DNA of 40,437 nucleotides, from positions 1-40,437 of the forward strand of contig JBIKWQ010000029.1 of NCBI GenBank assembly GCA_044356215.1. Direction: 5' to 3'. How positions within the stretch are numbered: position 1 is the stretch's first letter; every line of letters starts with the position of its first letter. Position numbers and translations under genes: made by a program. Shown piece after piece: positions 9,119 to 19,094 of the stretch. Under the pieces are notes generated by a model. That model was not told where the DNA came from. It made no database searches and saw only the letters and a list, made by a program, of their open reading frames with translations. Source of the DNA: Bdellovibrionota bacterium (GTDB taxonomy: Bacteria; Bdellovibrionota_C; UBA2361; OMII01).

Positions 9119-9355
9119 GGATACCACAATCAGATTGTCCAGAAAGGCACGACTCTGGAGCGTTTTGTATACCAACGCACACTTCAGAGTCCTGCCCCCC
9201 GAAACAACCCTTACGGCTATCCCTACCGCCACCTTTACAGACTAAAAGCCAACTGAGGACAACTCCCCACTGAGCAGCCGTTTCAACAACTACACGGCCA
9301 ACCTTTTCTGTTTCGGCGACACAGAAGAGATACTCGACAAAGGCATTTATTGCAA
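9119..9355 (-). promoter_or_regulatory. Putative pal promoter and long structured 5' leader
   Basis: TTGCAA (9355-9350)-17 bp-TATCTC (9332-9327), then three short hairpins and a ~104-nt irregular hairpin (9222-9119). Confidence 0.5.
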
Positions 9356-9458
9356 CAGGTTAACATCGCTTAAAACAAGTTTTGCATGATTAAGGTCAAA
9401 TACCTCCCCAGCAACCGTCTTAAGCGCTTACATTTGGCATTAAGAAAGGTGGCTTATT

Positions 9459-10772
9459 CTAGTTCAACAGCGGCCCCCAAGCCGGTTCGTAATCCCCCCC
9501 CCTAGACGACGTAATCTGCTTCATACTGAGCCCGTCCGCACGGATAATGGCGATACTAAAGCCACCTCCAAACTGAGTAGTTGAGAATGTAAGATAACGT
9601 CCATCAGCTGAGAACTCAGGATCCTCGTTCTTTCCAACGCTTGTTAATTGAACGGCGTTTGAGCCGTCTGGGTTGCTAATAAAAATATTCTGTCCTCCGT
9701 CTGACTGACAAACGAAGGCGATCTTATCTCCGGTCGGTGACCAGGCCGGAGATGTACAGTAGTTAGATTGCCCAAAACTCACCCTGGTTGGATTCGAACC
9801 ATCAGCTCCCATGACATAGATCTGCGGCCCCCCACCTCTATTAGAGCAGAAAATTATCCTCGAGCCATCTGGCGACGGAACCGGAGATACGTCGATAGCA
9901 CGGTTGGGCGGCGTCAAACGTCGCGCTCCTGAGCCGTCAATATCCATGACCATAATATCGCTATCAAACCCTTCTGTTCTTGAGAAAACTATCTGTTGTG
10001 CGTTCAAAAAGTGCGCTCCAACTTCCATATCTGAGGTGCGGGTTAGCTGCTTAACCGACTTCGAATTAATATCGATCAGAAAGAGGTCAGGAACCCGGTT
10101 TCTGTAGGATGTGTACACCAACTTAGTTCCAGACTGGTCCCACGCTGAGGATACGGCCAATCCACGCTCATTTGTGAGCTGTCTCATATTACTGCCGTCC
10201 ATCTCCATCACAAATAGCTCTTTAAAGCGCCCGACCCGCGAAGAGAAAGCAATTTGGGTCCCAAACACCCCCGGGAAACCTGTATAATATTTCATTACCT
10301 CATTGGCGAACCTGTGGGCCATCATCTTTATCTGAGACGCGTCACCCTGATACTGCTTAGCGAGAACTACGCTCTGTTTCTGAACATCGTGCAGATATAG
10401 CTGTACCTTCACGTCTCCCCCGGAGTTGGACACCTGGCCTTTTATCAAACCCTCTGTACCTATCACACTCCAATCGGAGTAGGTGGTAGATTCCTGCGGG
10501 GCACACTTTCCCGGTGTCTCAATATAGCTCTTGGGATCAAGCACCTCAAAATATCCAGATAGATCCAGGTCTTTTGAGAGGACCACTGGAATCTGCGCCG
10601 CAGCATCACCCTCTCCTGCCTCAAGACAGAGTCTTGGCATCGCGACAGGTATAAGCTTGCCGGCGCCCCTAACATACAGATCGGTCTGTGCGCTAGCTGA
10701 CGCTAAAAACAAAGAGCAACACGCGACATAACATGACGCAACAAGTGAGGATTTAATAAATGACTTTTTCAT
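9459..10772 (-). CDS. tolB: Tol-Pal beta-propeller protein TolB
   Basis: Signal peptide, DLDLSGYF N-domain, AHRFANE, repeated PxWSPDG-type blades. Confidence 0.93.
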   Translation of the reverse strand: MKKSFIKSSLVASCYVACCSLFLASASAQTDLYVRGAGKLIPVAMPRLCLEAGEGDAAAQIPVVLSKDLDLSGYFEVLDPKSYIETPGKCAPQESTTYSDWSVIGTEGLIKGQVSNSGGDVKVQLYLHDVQKQSVVLAKQYQGDASQIKMMAHRFANEVMKYYTGFPGVFGTQIAFSSRVGRFKELFVMEMDGSNMRQLTNERGLAVSSAWDQSGTKLVYTSYRNRVPDLFLIDINSKSVKQLTRTSDMEVGAHFLNAQQIVFSRTEGFDSDIMVMDIDGSGARRLTPPNRAIDVSPVPSPDGSRIIFCSNRGGGPQIYVMGADGSNPTRVSFGQSNYCTSPAWSPTGDKIAFVCQSDGGQNIFISNPDGSNAVQLTSVGKNEDPEFSADGRYLTFSTTQFGGGFSIAIIRADGLSMKQITSSRGGDYEPAWGPLLN

Positions 10773-10876
10773 ACTTCAACTATTAATAAAAAACGCTCGA
10801 GCTAAACCACTGGGGCCTCGACTAGTCTACTGACATAGACGGCTACTCGCTACTGTAGATTTTTAGCTAGTGAGGG

Positions 10877-11770
10877 CTACTCCCGCGGATCAAAAGTAAT
10901 CCTGACGCTCTTAAAGTACTGCTCATAAACACTCTTTGGCGGAGCTGGCAGCGGAGACGCCTTCATCGCCGCGCGCACCACCGAATCGTCATAGTTACTA
11001 TCCCCCGAGCTCTTAACGAGCTTAACGTTCTTGATGACACCATCCGGCTCAATATCAAAAGATATTACCGTTATCAGAGATGAATTCCTGTCGTACCATC
11101 GCCACGCCTCTTTGATCCTCGAGCGCACGATCTTCTCATAGATAAAGAATTCCGGTGGTCGCACAACACCGCCGCCCATTCCAGAACCTCCGATCCTAGC
11201 AGCGCCAAAACCCTTTCCGCCGGCGTCAGAGGACTCCCCTAAATAACGCTGCATCGCGGCTTGATAGCTCTTATCGAGCTCGTCTCCAGCGCTTTTTTTC
11301 GCGGTTTTGTCGACCAACTTGGCATCGCTCTTTTTTGTTGTGGTAGGAGTTGATTTCGGCGTTGGGGCTTTTGTAGGTACGGGTTTAGGCGTAGGCCTCT
11401 TCTCGGCTATACTAACCTCAGCATCCTCCACCGGCTCTTTTTTCGGTTCAACTTTAGCCTCGTTCTTATCTGGCTGAACCTGTTCCTGCTTAGTTTCCGC
11501 CGCTACGTTCTTCATCGGCGCGATGGGAGAGGGTTTATCATTTTTTGGAACCTGGCTCATGCCACCAATAGATTTACCCCCCTCAATTGAGATCGAATAG
11601 ATTACAGGTTCAGGTACTTTCCCAAATTCAGGAAAAACCTTCACAAAAATCAAAAGAGCGATAACGATATGGCCTACTACAGAAACCGTCAAACCAGCTT
11701 TAAATTCCTGGTCGGCTTTAGAGGCGACAAAACGCGCGGGCAATTTTCTAAAACTCCTAGCTCTTACCAT
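10877..11770 (-). CDS. tolA: TolA/TonB-family energy transducer
   Basis: TM helix with SxxxH motif (SVVGH), Lys/Pro-rich linker, TonB_C-like domain (SSGDSNYDDSVVRA...PLPAPP); lies between tolR and tolB. Start uncertain. Confidence 0.8.
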   Translation of the reverse strand: MVRARSFRKLPARFVASKADQEFKAGLTVSVVGHIVIALLIFVKVFPEFGKVPEPVIYSISIEGGKSIGGMSQVPKNDKPSPIAPMKNVAAETKQEQVQPDKNEAKVEPKKEPVEDAEVSIAEKRPTPKPVPTKAPTPKSTPTTTKKSDAKLVDKTAKKSAGDELDKSYQAAMQRYLGESSDAGGKGFGAARIGGSGMGGGVVRPPEFFIYEKIVRSRIKEAWRWYDRNSSLITVISFDIEPDGVIKNVKLVKSSGDSNYDDSVVRAAMKASPLPAPPKSVYEQYFKSVRITFDPRE

Positions 11771-12185
11771 CTGGTGACGCTGATACCAGACCGATCTGCG
11801 TAATGCCTCCGGCATGAAGCGCCGCCATTACTTCCATAATACGGCCGTACCCCAGCGAGGAATCCCCCTTTATGTAAATCTTACGCTCGTTCTCAGGCCT
11901 ATTCGCGAATATAGCCTTAACTTTGTTAGCCAGCTCAGGTATTTCAACACGGTTTCCGGCTCCCAGAAAAACCAATCCTGCTTTATCCAACGAGACTACT
12001 ATCTGCTCGCTCGATCCTCTTAAAGGAGCGGTGGTCGCCTTAGGAAGATCTACCTCGACCCCCTGCTGCAACATTGGTGCTGTAACCATGAAGATCACCA
12101 GCAGAACCAACATGACATCAACCAAAGGCGTCACGTTAATCGCCGCTATCGGTCCCTCATCATCCCCACGAACATTGCTGGCCAT
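11757..12185 (-). CDS. tolR: TolR (ExbD family)
   Basis: [22 protein letters not shown] motif. Confidence 0.92.
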   Translation of the reverse strand: MASNVRGDDEGPIAAINVTPLVDVMLVLLVIFMVTAPMLQQGVEVDLPKATTAPLRGSSEQIVVSLDKAGLVFLGAGNRVEIPELANKVKAIFANRPENERKIYIKGDSSLGYGRIMEVMAALHAGGITQIGLVSASPDGKS

Positions 12186-12207
12186 ACTCTTTTAACCTTA
12201 AGCAAAA

Positions 12208-12915
12208 TTACCTAACGAAATACCTACGGGCTATATTCAGAAACTCCTCCGAGAATCCATCCATCGACTGTCTAAATTTCTTTAGCGAAGCCGTAAAGTA
12301 ATTGTAAGCGATCGCGGCTGGGATAGCGGCTGCCAATCCGACTGCTGTCGCTACTAGCGCCTCGGAGATTCCAGGTGCCACGGCTTGAATGGTTGAGCTC
12401 TTAGCCTGACTCAATCCGTGAAAGGCGTTCATGATTCCCCAAACTGTTCCGAAAAGTCCGATGAACGGAGCGGCACTGGCGACACTGGCTAGGAACGTTA
12501 CCCCCTTTTCCAGGCGGTGAGACTCCTCTAGCTCAGCTCGTCTTAGAGCTCTCTCAACTGTACCCAACTCACTAGAAGGGTCTAAAGGCGTCGCCCCTGA
12601 TTCTTTTGTCTCCTGCAATGTGTGCAAAAGCTCTCTGTATCCAGAGGTAAAAACCGACACCAATGGGCTCGACGTTAATCGACGTGATGACTCGTCGATC
12701 CGCGCGAAATTACGGCTTTCCCAAAAAACCTGGGCGAACTCATCCGAATTGGCCTGTGCCCTTCTAAACTGGATGCTCTTGGCGATCGTTATCGCCCAGC
12801 TCCATACCGAGAGAAGTATTAAGATGATCAGAACGCTCTGAACAACCAAACCAGAACCAAAAATCATGTTTAAAATACTAGGCGCTTCCACCACTGCTGC
12901 AGGTACAGGTTCCAC
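12208..12915 (-). CDS. tolQ: TolQ (MotA/ExbB family)
   Basis: PFIGLFGTVWGIM and VAPGISEALVATAVGLAAAIPA motifs. Confidence 0.95.
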   Translation of the reverse strand: MEPVPAAVVEAPSILNMIFGSGLVVQSVLIILILLSVWSWAITIAKSIQFRRAQANSDEFAQVFWESRNFARIDESSRRLTSSPLVSVFTSGYRELLHTLQETKESGATPLDPSSELGTVERALRRAELEESHRLEKGVTFLASVASAAPFIGLFGTVWGIMNAFHGLSQAKSSTIQAVAPGISEALVATAVGLAAAIPAAIAYNYFTASLKKFRQSMDGFSEEFLNIARRYFVR

Positions 12916-13018
12916 TAAAAATCCTCCTAAACTAACGACCCGTTAACTATGCCATATACCTGATTTATACGCCAGATATAGTGCGAACCTATGTCAACCT
13001 CGCCCCTGTGTTTCCTTT

Positions 13019-13047
13019 TTGACTCGGTGGGGTTATAAACCTAAAAA
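13019..13047 (+). promoter_or_regulatory. Putative sigma70 promoter of gap
   Basis: TTGACT-17 bp-TAAAAA upstream of gap. Confidence 0.4.
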
Positions 13048-13071
13048 ACATAAATTATGGAGCATAAAGTT

Positions 13072-14085
13072 ATGTCAGTAGGAATTGCTATTAACGGCTT
13101 TGGTCGTATCGGAAGAAACATTCTGCGCCAGCTACACAGCACCAAGAAATCAAGCAAAATCCAGGTCGTTGCCATAAATGACCTAACAGATCCAAAAACA
13201 TTAGCGCATCTTCTAAAGTACGACTCAGTTCACGGGCGCTTTCCGGGAACAGTGGAGGTCGGCGATGGCGCGATCGTCGTCAACGGCCAGACGATTAAGA
13301 TTTTCGCCGAGCGCGATCCGGCCAAACTGCCATGGGGAAGCATAGGCGCTCAGATCGTTCTTGAGTGCACAGGTATCTTCACCGACAAAGAGAAAGCTCA
13401 GCTTCATCTGCATGGCGGAGCCAAAAAGGTGATCATCTCAGCGCCTGCTACCAATCCTGACCTCACATTAGCTTTCGGTGTAAATCACACCGCTTACAAT
13501 CCGGCGGAACACAACATCATCAGCAACGCATCCTGCACAACGAATTGCCTAGCCCCAGTAGCGAAAGTGCTGCACGAGAACTTCGGAGTCGTTAAAGGAA
13601 CGATGACAACGATTCACTCGTTCACGAATGACCAACAGATCCTTGACCTTCCACATAAGGATCTGAGACGCGCGCGCGCCGCCAGCATGTCGATGATCCC
13701 CACTACCACAGGAGCAGCCAAGGCTGTCGGTCTTGTAATCCCTGACCTCAAGGGCAAAGTGGACGGATTCGCGATCCGCGTACCCACCCCGGATGTTTCT
13801 GTTGTTGATTTTGTGGCGGAGCTGAACCAGGACGTCACAGTTGAAGACCTTAACAGAGCTCTGAAGAACGCGAGCGAGAATGCCCTTAAGGGGATCCTCG
13901 GATTCTCAACAGAGCCGCTTGTTTCAATCGACTACACCGGCGATACGCACTCATCGATCGTTGACTCACTGTGCACCATGGTGATTGGCAAGCGCCTCGC
14001 GAAGGTAGTTGCCTGGTACGATAACGAGATAGGATTCTCGGCCCGTATGTGCGATGTTACCGAGATGGTAGCGTCCAAACTGTAG
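13072..14085 (+). CDS. gap: Type I glyceraldehyde-3-phosphate dehydrogenase
   Basis: INGFGRIGR, ASCTTNCL and WYDNE motifs; GGAG RBS at 13059-13062 favours ATG 13072. Confidence 0.97.
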   Translation: MSVGIAINGFGRIGRNILRQLHSTKKSSKIQVVAINDLTDPKTLAHLLKYDSVHGRFPGTVEVGDGAIVVNGQTIKIFAERDPAKLPWGSIGAQIVLECTGIFTDKEKAQLHLHGGAKKVIISAPATNPDLTLAFGVNHTAYNPAEHNIISNASCTTNCLAPVAKVLHENFGVVKGTMTTIHSFTNDQQILDLPHKDLRRARAASMSMIPTTTGAAKAVGLVIPDLKGKVDGFAIRVPTPDVSVVDFVAELNQDVTVEDLNRALKNASENALKGILGFSTEPLVSIDYTGDTHSSIVDSLCTMVIGKRLAKVVAWYDNEIGFSARMCDVTEMVASKL

Positions 14086-14108
14086 CTCTAACGGCTCTAA
14101 GTGTTTTT

Positions 14109-14879
14109 ATGACCAAGAGACAGGTCCTTCTCGTTGGCAACTGGAAGATGAATTTAAGCCCCTCGCAAGCGGCCGATTTCGCGCGCGCTATGCGGGAAGG
14201 CCTTCCGGATTTAGCCTATACCTCCGTGTGGGTTGCGCCACCTGCCATAAGCGCAGCCCACGTGATCAATGAGCTCGCGGGAACCCCGATTGAAGTCGGG
14301 GCGCAGAATGTTCACTGGGAGCCCTCAGGCGCATTTACGGGCGAAACGGCCGCGATTTTCGCTAAGGATCTTGGTCTAACTTTCTCGCTGGTAGGCCATT
14401 CAGAGCGACGTTCGCTTTTTGGAGAGACGTCAGAACAGGTAGCTCTCCGCATGCGAGGAGCGATTGAGGTGGGATTAACTCCCGTCGTTTGCATCGGAGA
14501 GACAGAGAACGAGCGCGTTGCTGGCCGGACAGAGCAGGTATTGGCGTCGCAATTAGAGCCGCTATATCACCACCTCACCCACGAGACGGCGCAGAGAGTA
14601 ATTTTGGCTTACGAGCCAGTTTGGGCTATCGGAACCGGCAAGGTAGCCTCTGAGTCTGAGATCCAAGAGACACACGCTTACATTCAGAAAGAGTGGCTAA
14701 GCAGGGGGTACAGTAGCGCGCCAACAATTCTGTACGGCGGAAGCGTTAGTCCGAAAAACTTTTCCGGGATAATAGCCCTACCAGCGGTATCGGGCGCGCT
14801 TGTTGGCGGTGCTAGCTTAAAACTGGATCAGTGGTTCGAACTGGTTAAAACAGCCTCCATGGCCAAATCCCGGCAGTAG
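14109..14879 (+). CDS. tpiA: Triose-phosphate isomerase
   Basis: GNWKMN, GHSERR, AYEPVWAIGTG, YGGSV and LVGGASL motifs. Confidence 0.97.
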   Translation: MTKRQVLLVGNWKMNLSPSQAADFARAMREGLPDLAYTSVWVAPPAISAAHVINELAGTPIEVGAQNVHWEPSGAFTGETAAIFAKDLGLTFSLVGHSERRSLFGETSEQVALRMRGAIEVGLTPVVCIGETENERVAGRTEQVLASQLEPLYHHLTHETAQRVILAYEPVWAIGTGKVASESEIQETHAYIQKEWLSRGYSSAPTILYGGSVSPKNFSGIIALPAVSGALVGGASLKLDQWFELVKTASMAKSRQ

Positions 14880-14909
14880 GACAGCTAGGGAAAAGAGGCC
14901 ATCTAATTT

Positions 14910-16133
14910 CTAGAAGGTACTAATCATCGAGTCGCTCGGTTGGTCTCTTTTGGTGGCTCCTACAAGAAAAAATCTATCGAGGGAGTTTCGACCACTACCG
15001 GGCAGAAATCCGATTTGGAACGAGCCATCGCGGTTTTGCTTAAAGACGCTAGCCTTTGGATAAAAAGAATAACTCTTTGAATATGGCCGCGCTCCAAAGG
15101 AGTCACGCGCTACAAACGTCCAAACCCCAGAAGCGTCTCCAGACACATGGACCATTCGCGGCTCCCCGCGTTTGGACCGGCGAAGGGTATAAGTCTTCAC
15201 CGGTTTGCCGTTCGAGTACGCCACTATCTTTTCTACGTCCGAGCTGGCTACAGATAGATCCGCCCTAAAAGTCGCTGGGTTAACGGCGCTACTTCCCCAA
15301 CCTCTCTGCTTACGTTGCCTAACACTAAGGTCTTCTAAAGTAATTCCAGGATTGAAGGTATCTCGAATTCTCTTCTCTGCGTTAATACCACCCTTTGAAT
15401 CTATAAAGGATATTACCGGCAGATCTAACCATCGTAGAAGCACACCGCGGTCCCCTCCAGCGGCCCTGAGCCCCCGCAATGCTTGAATATGAGAGGCTCT
15501 TAGCTTCGCCGCAACCTCTTGACTCGAAGGACCCTTACTATCCTCCACCGCTACCGCGTTGATCGCGTCGCGAAGTGGCTGTATCTCCTCATCGGCGACA
15601 GTGCCGGACAGTCCCTCTTGCTTCAAGAACTTCTGGATTGAGCCGCGTGACTGTTTGAAAAAACCAGATCCTTCCTTTGATATAATTCGCTCGAATGTCA
15701 GATTGGATGGTGCTTGTTGCCCCTTCGAATCCCAATTACGAGCTCTCACCTGGAAGTCCCATCCAGAAAATATACCACCCTTCGCTCCCGAGCTGCGTGC
15801 ATCATCTCCCTCAGAGGCTTTCTTTACATCCTTTAACTCTACAGCCTTGCCATCCCCTCCCCCTCGGTTCTCGGAGTCTGAAGCACCTCTAGAAAGCAAT
15901 GACTGAGATAGTGATGCTCGGGACCCAGAATCACCGCTCCTTCCTGAAGACGCCACCTTTGAAGGTGCCTCAGCGGCGGGCTTTGAGCGCGTGACTTTTG
16001 CCTTTCCATCAAAGAGCATCTTGACCGTCTCTGGAATGAAGAAGAGCCCAACTACGATCGCTCCAGCGACGAGGGTCAGTCCTATCGCCCTTGGCGTTAG
16101 CCCTAAAAAACGTGTTTCTTCAAAGTTAGCCAT
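14910..16133 (-). CDS. Hypothetical membrane-anchored protein
   Basis: Long ORF; start placed at MANFEE; single N-terminal TM helix, Ser/Gly/Lys-rich linker, helical then beta-rich region. Confidence 0.7.
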   Translation of the reverse strand: MANFEETRFLGLTPRAIGLTLVAGAIVVGLFFIPETVKMLFDGKAKVTRSKPAAEAPSKVASSGRSGDSGSRASLSQSLLSRGASDSENRGGGDGKAVELKDVKKASEGDDARSSGAKGGIFSGWDFQVRARNWDSKGQQAPSNLTFERIISKEGSGFFKQSRGSIQKFLKQEGLSGTVADEEIQPLRDAINAVAVEDSKGPSSQEVAAKLRASHIQALRGLRAAGGDRGVLLRWLDLPVISFIDSKGGINAEKRIRDTFNPGITLEDLSVRQRKQRGWGSSAVNPATFRADLSVASSDVEKIVAYSNGKPVKTYTLRRSKRGEPRMVHVSGDASGVWTFVARDSFGARPYSKSYSFYPKASVFKQNRDGSFQIGFLPGSGRNSLDRFFLVGATKRDQPSDSMISTF

Positions 16134-16290
16134 GCAAAACTCACAAATTCCAAACCAATACCAAGGAGTGCGCTTACCTAGGTAGGTTATGAGATCAAAC
16201 CATCTGGAAGTGACATTTTTTCTAAAAACAGCGCCGCAAACTAGGCGGCTACACGTAACTAGCTGCAATCATGCTACAATTTCACCGCGA

Positions 16291-17277
16291 CTATCTATCT
16301 GACGGAGACCATAAAGCCTTCACGTCCCCTTTCAAGCGGGCTCCCATCTGGGTAATCACCTTGCTAGCCAAAAAATTGGCCCGATGGGCCGCGTCGTAGG
16401 GAGATAGTCCGTGGTTAATGCCATGCAGGAAGGCTCCGGCAAACGCATCACCAGCCCCGGTGAGATCACGCGGCTCACAAGTGAAAGCTGGCACATGAAG
16501 TTCCTCGCCCTCCCACCATATAAATGCGCCGCGAGGGCCGGCTGTTAAGACGACATGCGGAAACCTATCCTTTAATTTCCGTCCCGCCGAGACAACGTCA
16601 GCGCTGCCCGCTAATGCTGAGCTCTCCTCTTCATTAGCGAAGATCAGGCTCGCTGATTCGAGTGCTTTTTGCAATGGCTCTCCAAAACCACTGACAATCC
16701 AGGCGTCAGAGCAGGTCACCGCTACCTTGGTACCCGAATCTCTAGCTATTCTGACGACCTCAGAGATAGCGCCTCTACCTTCGTCCGAATTGGAGAAAAC
16801 ATACCCTTCGATGAATACCCAGCGCGAGTCACGAATGACCGCCTCGTCAATGTGAGCGGCGCTAAGTTCAGTGCAAACTCCGAGAGCCGTACGCATAGTT
16901 CTCTCAGCGTCCGGAGTTACTAGTGACACGCATGTTCCTGTTGCCCCCGTCTCAGCCAGAGCCACGGGCATCTTAATACCTAGATCAAGACACTCATCTC
17001 GATAGAACCTGCCGTAGTGATCATTGGCTAATCTGCAACAGATAGCGCTCTTACCACCGAGCTGAGCAACCATTATCATCGAATTGGCGACCGAGCCACC
17101 GCTACACACCTCAGGCGAGGCCCCGGCGAAACGCTCTAGTAGATCTTTCTGCTGCTGTACGTCTACCAGTCTCATCGTACCTTTCTCAAAACCCAATGGC
17201 GCGAAATCATCGTCGGAAAGATCCGCGAAAATATCGACTAATCCATTACAGATCCCGGTTACGTCTATGGTCTTCAT
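16291..17277 (-). CDS. PfkB-family kinase, adenosine/inosine kinase-like
   Basis: NGLVD, KGTMRLVD, GGSVAN, ERTMRT, FANEEE and DLTGAGDAFAG motifs. Confidence 0.88.
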   Translation of the reverse strand: MKTIDVTGICNGLVDIFADLSDDDFAPLGFEKGTMRLVDVQQQKDLLERFAGASPEVCSGGSVANSMIMVAQLGGKSAICCRLANDHYGRFYRDECLDLGIKMPVALAETGATGTCVSLVTPDAERTMRTALGVCTELSAAHIDEAVIRDSRWVFIEGYVFSNSDEGRGAISEVVRIARDSGTKVAVTCSDAWIVSGFGEPLQKALESASLIFANEEESSALAGSADVVSAGRKLKDRFPHVVLTAGPRGAFIWWEGEELHVPAFTCEPRDLTGAGDAFAGAFLHGINHGLSPYDAAHRANFLASKVITQMGARLKGDVKALWSPSDR

Positions 17278-17388
17278 AAGCAATACTCTCAGCTAATTCA
17301 AAAGCTCTCTATTGACATCATACTCTACATCCGCTTCAGGCAAAAAGTACAGAGATATGCCTAACTAGGCTCATAGCGACAATCACAG

Positions 17389-18186
17389 ATGAGCTCTAAT
17401 CTGCCAGTTCACGATTTGGGGGACCACATGATATCTGTCTTGAGAAACAAGTACGGCATGCGCTTTGAGGATGTTATCTTCTGCTCTGAGCCACAAAAGT
17501 ATACGCCTAGGCATCTACTAGTTCATTTCAGCCAGGCTCGAAATTCAATCCCTGGTTTCATGCCGCGAAAAACTCCCGTCATAAACCTTAAAAGTGATGC
17601 CGCGGTAATCTTTAGCAAACTTTCGAGCAACACTCGCTACAAGATAAGGCGCGCGGAGCGCGAGGGAGTAGTAGGAGCATTTCTGTCAGAGATAAGCGAT
17701 GGCAACTTAACAAGCTTTGTAGAGCACTACAATCTATTCGCCTCTCAAAAAGATCTTCCTCTCGCCAACCGTGACAAGTTAACGAAACTGATGGAAGCAA
17801 AGAGTCTCATTATTACAGAGGCGCGAAACTCAAAAGGCACCCTTATAGTATCACACGCTTATATCGCCGATCGCGAGAGCTCCAGAGTTCGACTCCTTTA
17901 CTCAGCGTCGCACTATCGAGCGATCGTTGACAGCGAGGATCGCAATTTTGTGGGGCGCGCTAATCGATTCCTTCACTGGTATGAGATCATGGAGGCAGCG
18001 AAGGCAGGATACGAGACCTATGATCTTGGTGGAGTCCCCTCCACCACACAGAATCAAGAAAAAAATGACATCGCTCGCTTCAAAGGTGAGTTTGGTGGAG
18101 AGATAATCACTGAGTACAGTGGCTACTTAAGCTCTCACCCGCTTGTGAAGCTCTCCATCCCAGCGATTCAGAGGATTTTCGCCTAA
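17389..18186 (+). CDS. GNAT/FemABX-like acyltransferase-fold protein
   Basis: NTRYKIRRAEREGV, ANRFLHW, YDLGG and FKGEFGG motifs. Confidence 0.75.
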   Translation: MSSNLPVHDLGDHMISVLRNKYGMRFEDVIFCSEPQKYTPRHLLVHFSQARNSIPGFMPRKTPVINLKSDAAVIFSKLSSNTRYKIRRAEREGVVGAFLSEISDGNLTSFVEHYNLFASQKDLPLANRDKLTKLMEAKSLIITEARNSKGTLIVSHAYIADRESSRVRLLYSASHYRAIVDSEDRNFVGRANRFLHWYEIMEAAKAGYETYDLGGVPSTTQNQEKNDIARFKGEFGGEIITEYSGYLSSHPLVKLSIPAIQRIFA

Positions 18187-18206
18187 CATGTTTTGGAGCA
18201 TATAAA

Positions 18207-19094
18207 GTGAGTGCGCATTATCTCTTTCGCCTTGATGATATTACACCTGAAATGGACTGGGGGAGGTTCTGGGCCCTGATGCAGCTATTTGAGCGTCACT
18301 CGATAAACCCTCTACTAGGGGTTGTCCCCGATAATCGAGATCCTAACTTGATTCGACAAAGCTCCCATGCGGATTTTTGGGAGATACTTCGAGAGCTGCA
18401 AAACTCAAACTCTGTTGATATAGCGCAGCACGGTTATCAACACATTCTGGTTAATAGACCCGCGGCCGCTCTAATCGGTCCTGCTTATGGCATAAAGAAG
18501 GAGGCCTCTGAGTTCGCCGGAGATTCATTCAACGATCAGAACTTTCGAATTAGAGAGGGGTTACGAATCTTAAATCGCAACGGCATATCGACCACAACCT
18601 GGATGGCCCCAAACCATTCCTACGATCTGAACACATTAAAGGCTCTCCGCGAAAATAACTTCATCGCGGTAAGTGATGGGGTCGCGCTTTTTCCCTATCG
18701 TGATAACGGCCTTCTATTTATTCCGCAGACTTCATGGCGGCCTCGCTGGATGCCACTTGGAGTACACACTATATGTATACACACCAATTCTATCACGCCT
18801 AGCGAAGTAAAGCGCTTGCGTATTTTCATGCGTAGACCATTAAACTTCACTCGGTTCACCGCTGTTGTATCGCGCTACAACACGACAAGTGACAACCTAT
18901 TCACGCCGAGCTCACTAGCCAATTCGGCGTATGACATAAGCTATAGATCCGCATGGTCAATTAACAGGACGATTGCTCGCTGGCGGTCTGTAGGTCTTGC
19001 GCACCCGCGAACAAACTCGCGACCCTGGCAAGCACCGCCTCTACCATCGCGTCAGGACAGCTCGCCCCAGCCGAGACCAGCACCTCAACCTTAG
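18207..19094 (+). CDS. DUF2334-like polysaccharide deacetylase (NodB/CE4-like fold)
   Basis: RLDD, LGVVP, QHGYQH, SEFAG, APNHSYD and TICIH motifs. Confidence 0.8.
   Translation: MSAHYLFRLDDITPEMDWGRFWALMQLFERHSINPLLGVVPDNRDPNLIRQSSHADFWEILRELQNSNSVDIAQHGYQHILVNRPAAALIGPAYGIKKEASEFAGDSFNDQNFRIREGLRILNRNGISTTTWMAPNHSYDLNTLKALRENNFIAVSDGVALFPYRDNGLLFIPQTSWRPRWMPLGVHTICIHTNSITPSEVKRLRIFMRRPLNFTRFTAVVSRYNTTSDNLFTPSSLANSAYDISYRSAWSINRTIARWRSVGLAHPRTNSRPWQAPPLPSRQDSSPQPRPAPQP

Noticed and set aside
8946..9273. Short ORFs over the pal start and leader (8946+, 8991-, 9022+)
   Set aside because: They overlap pal, show no motifs, and the region is better explained as a structured leader.
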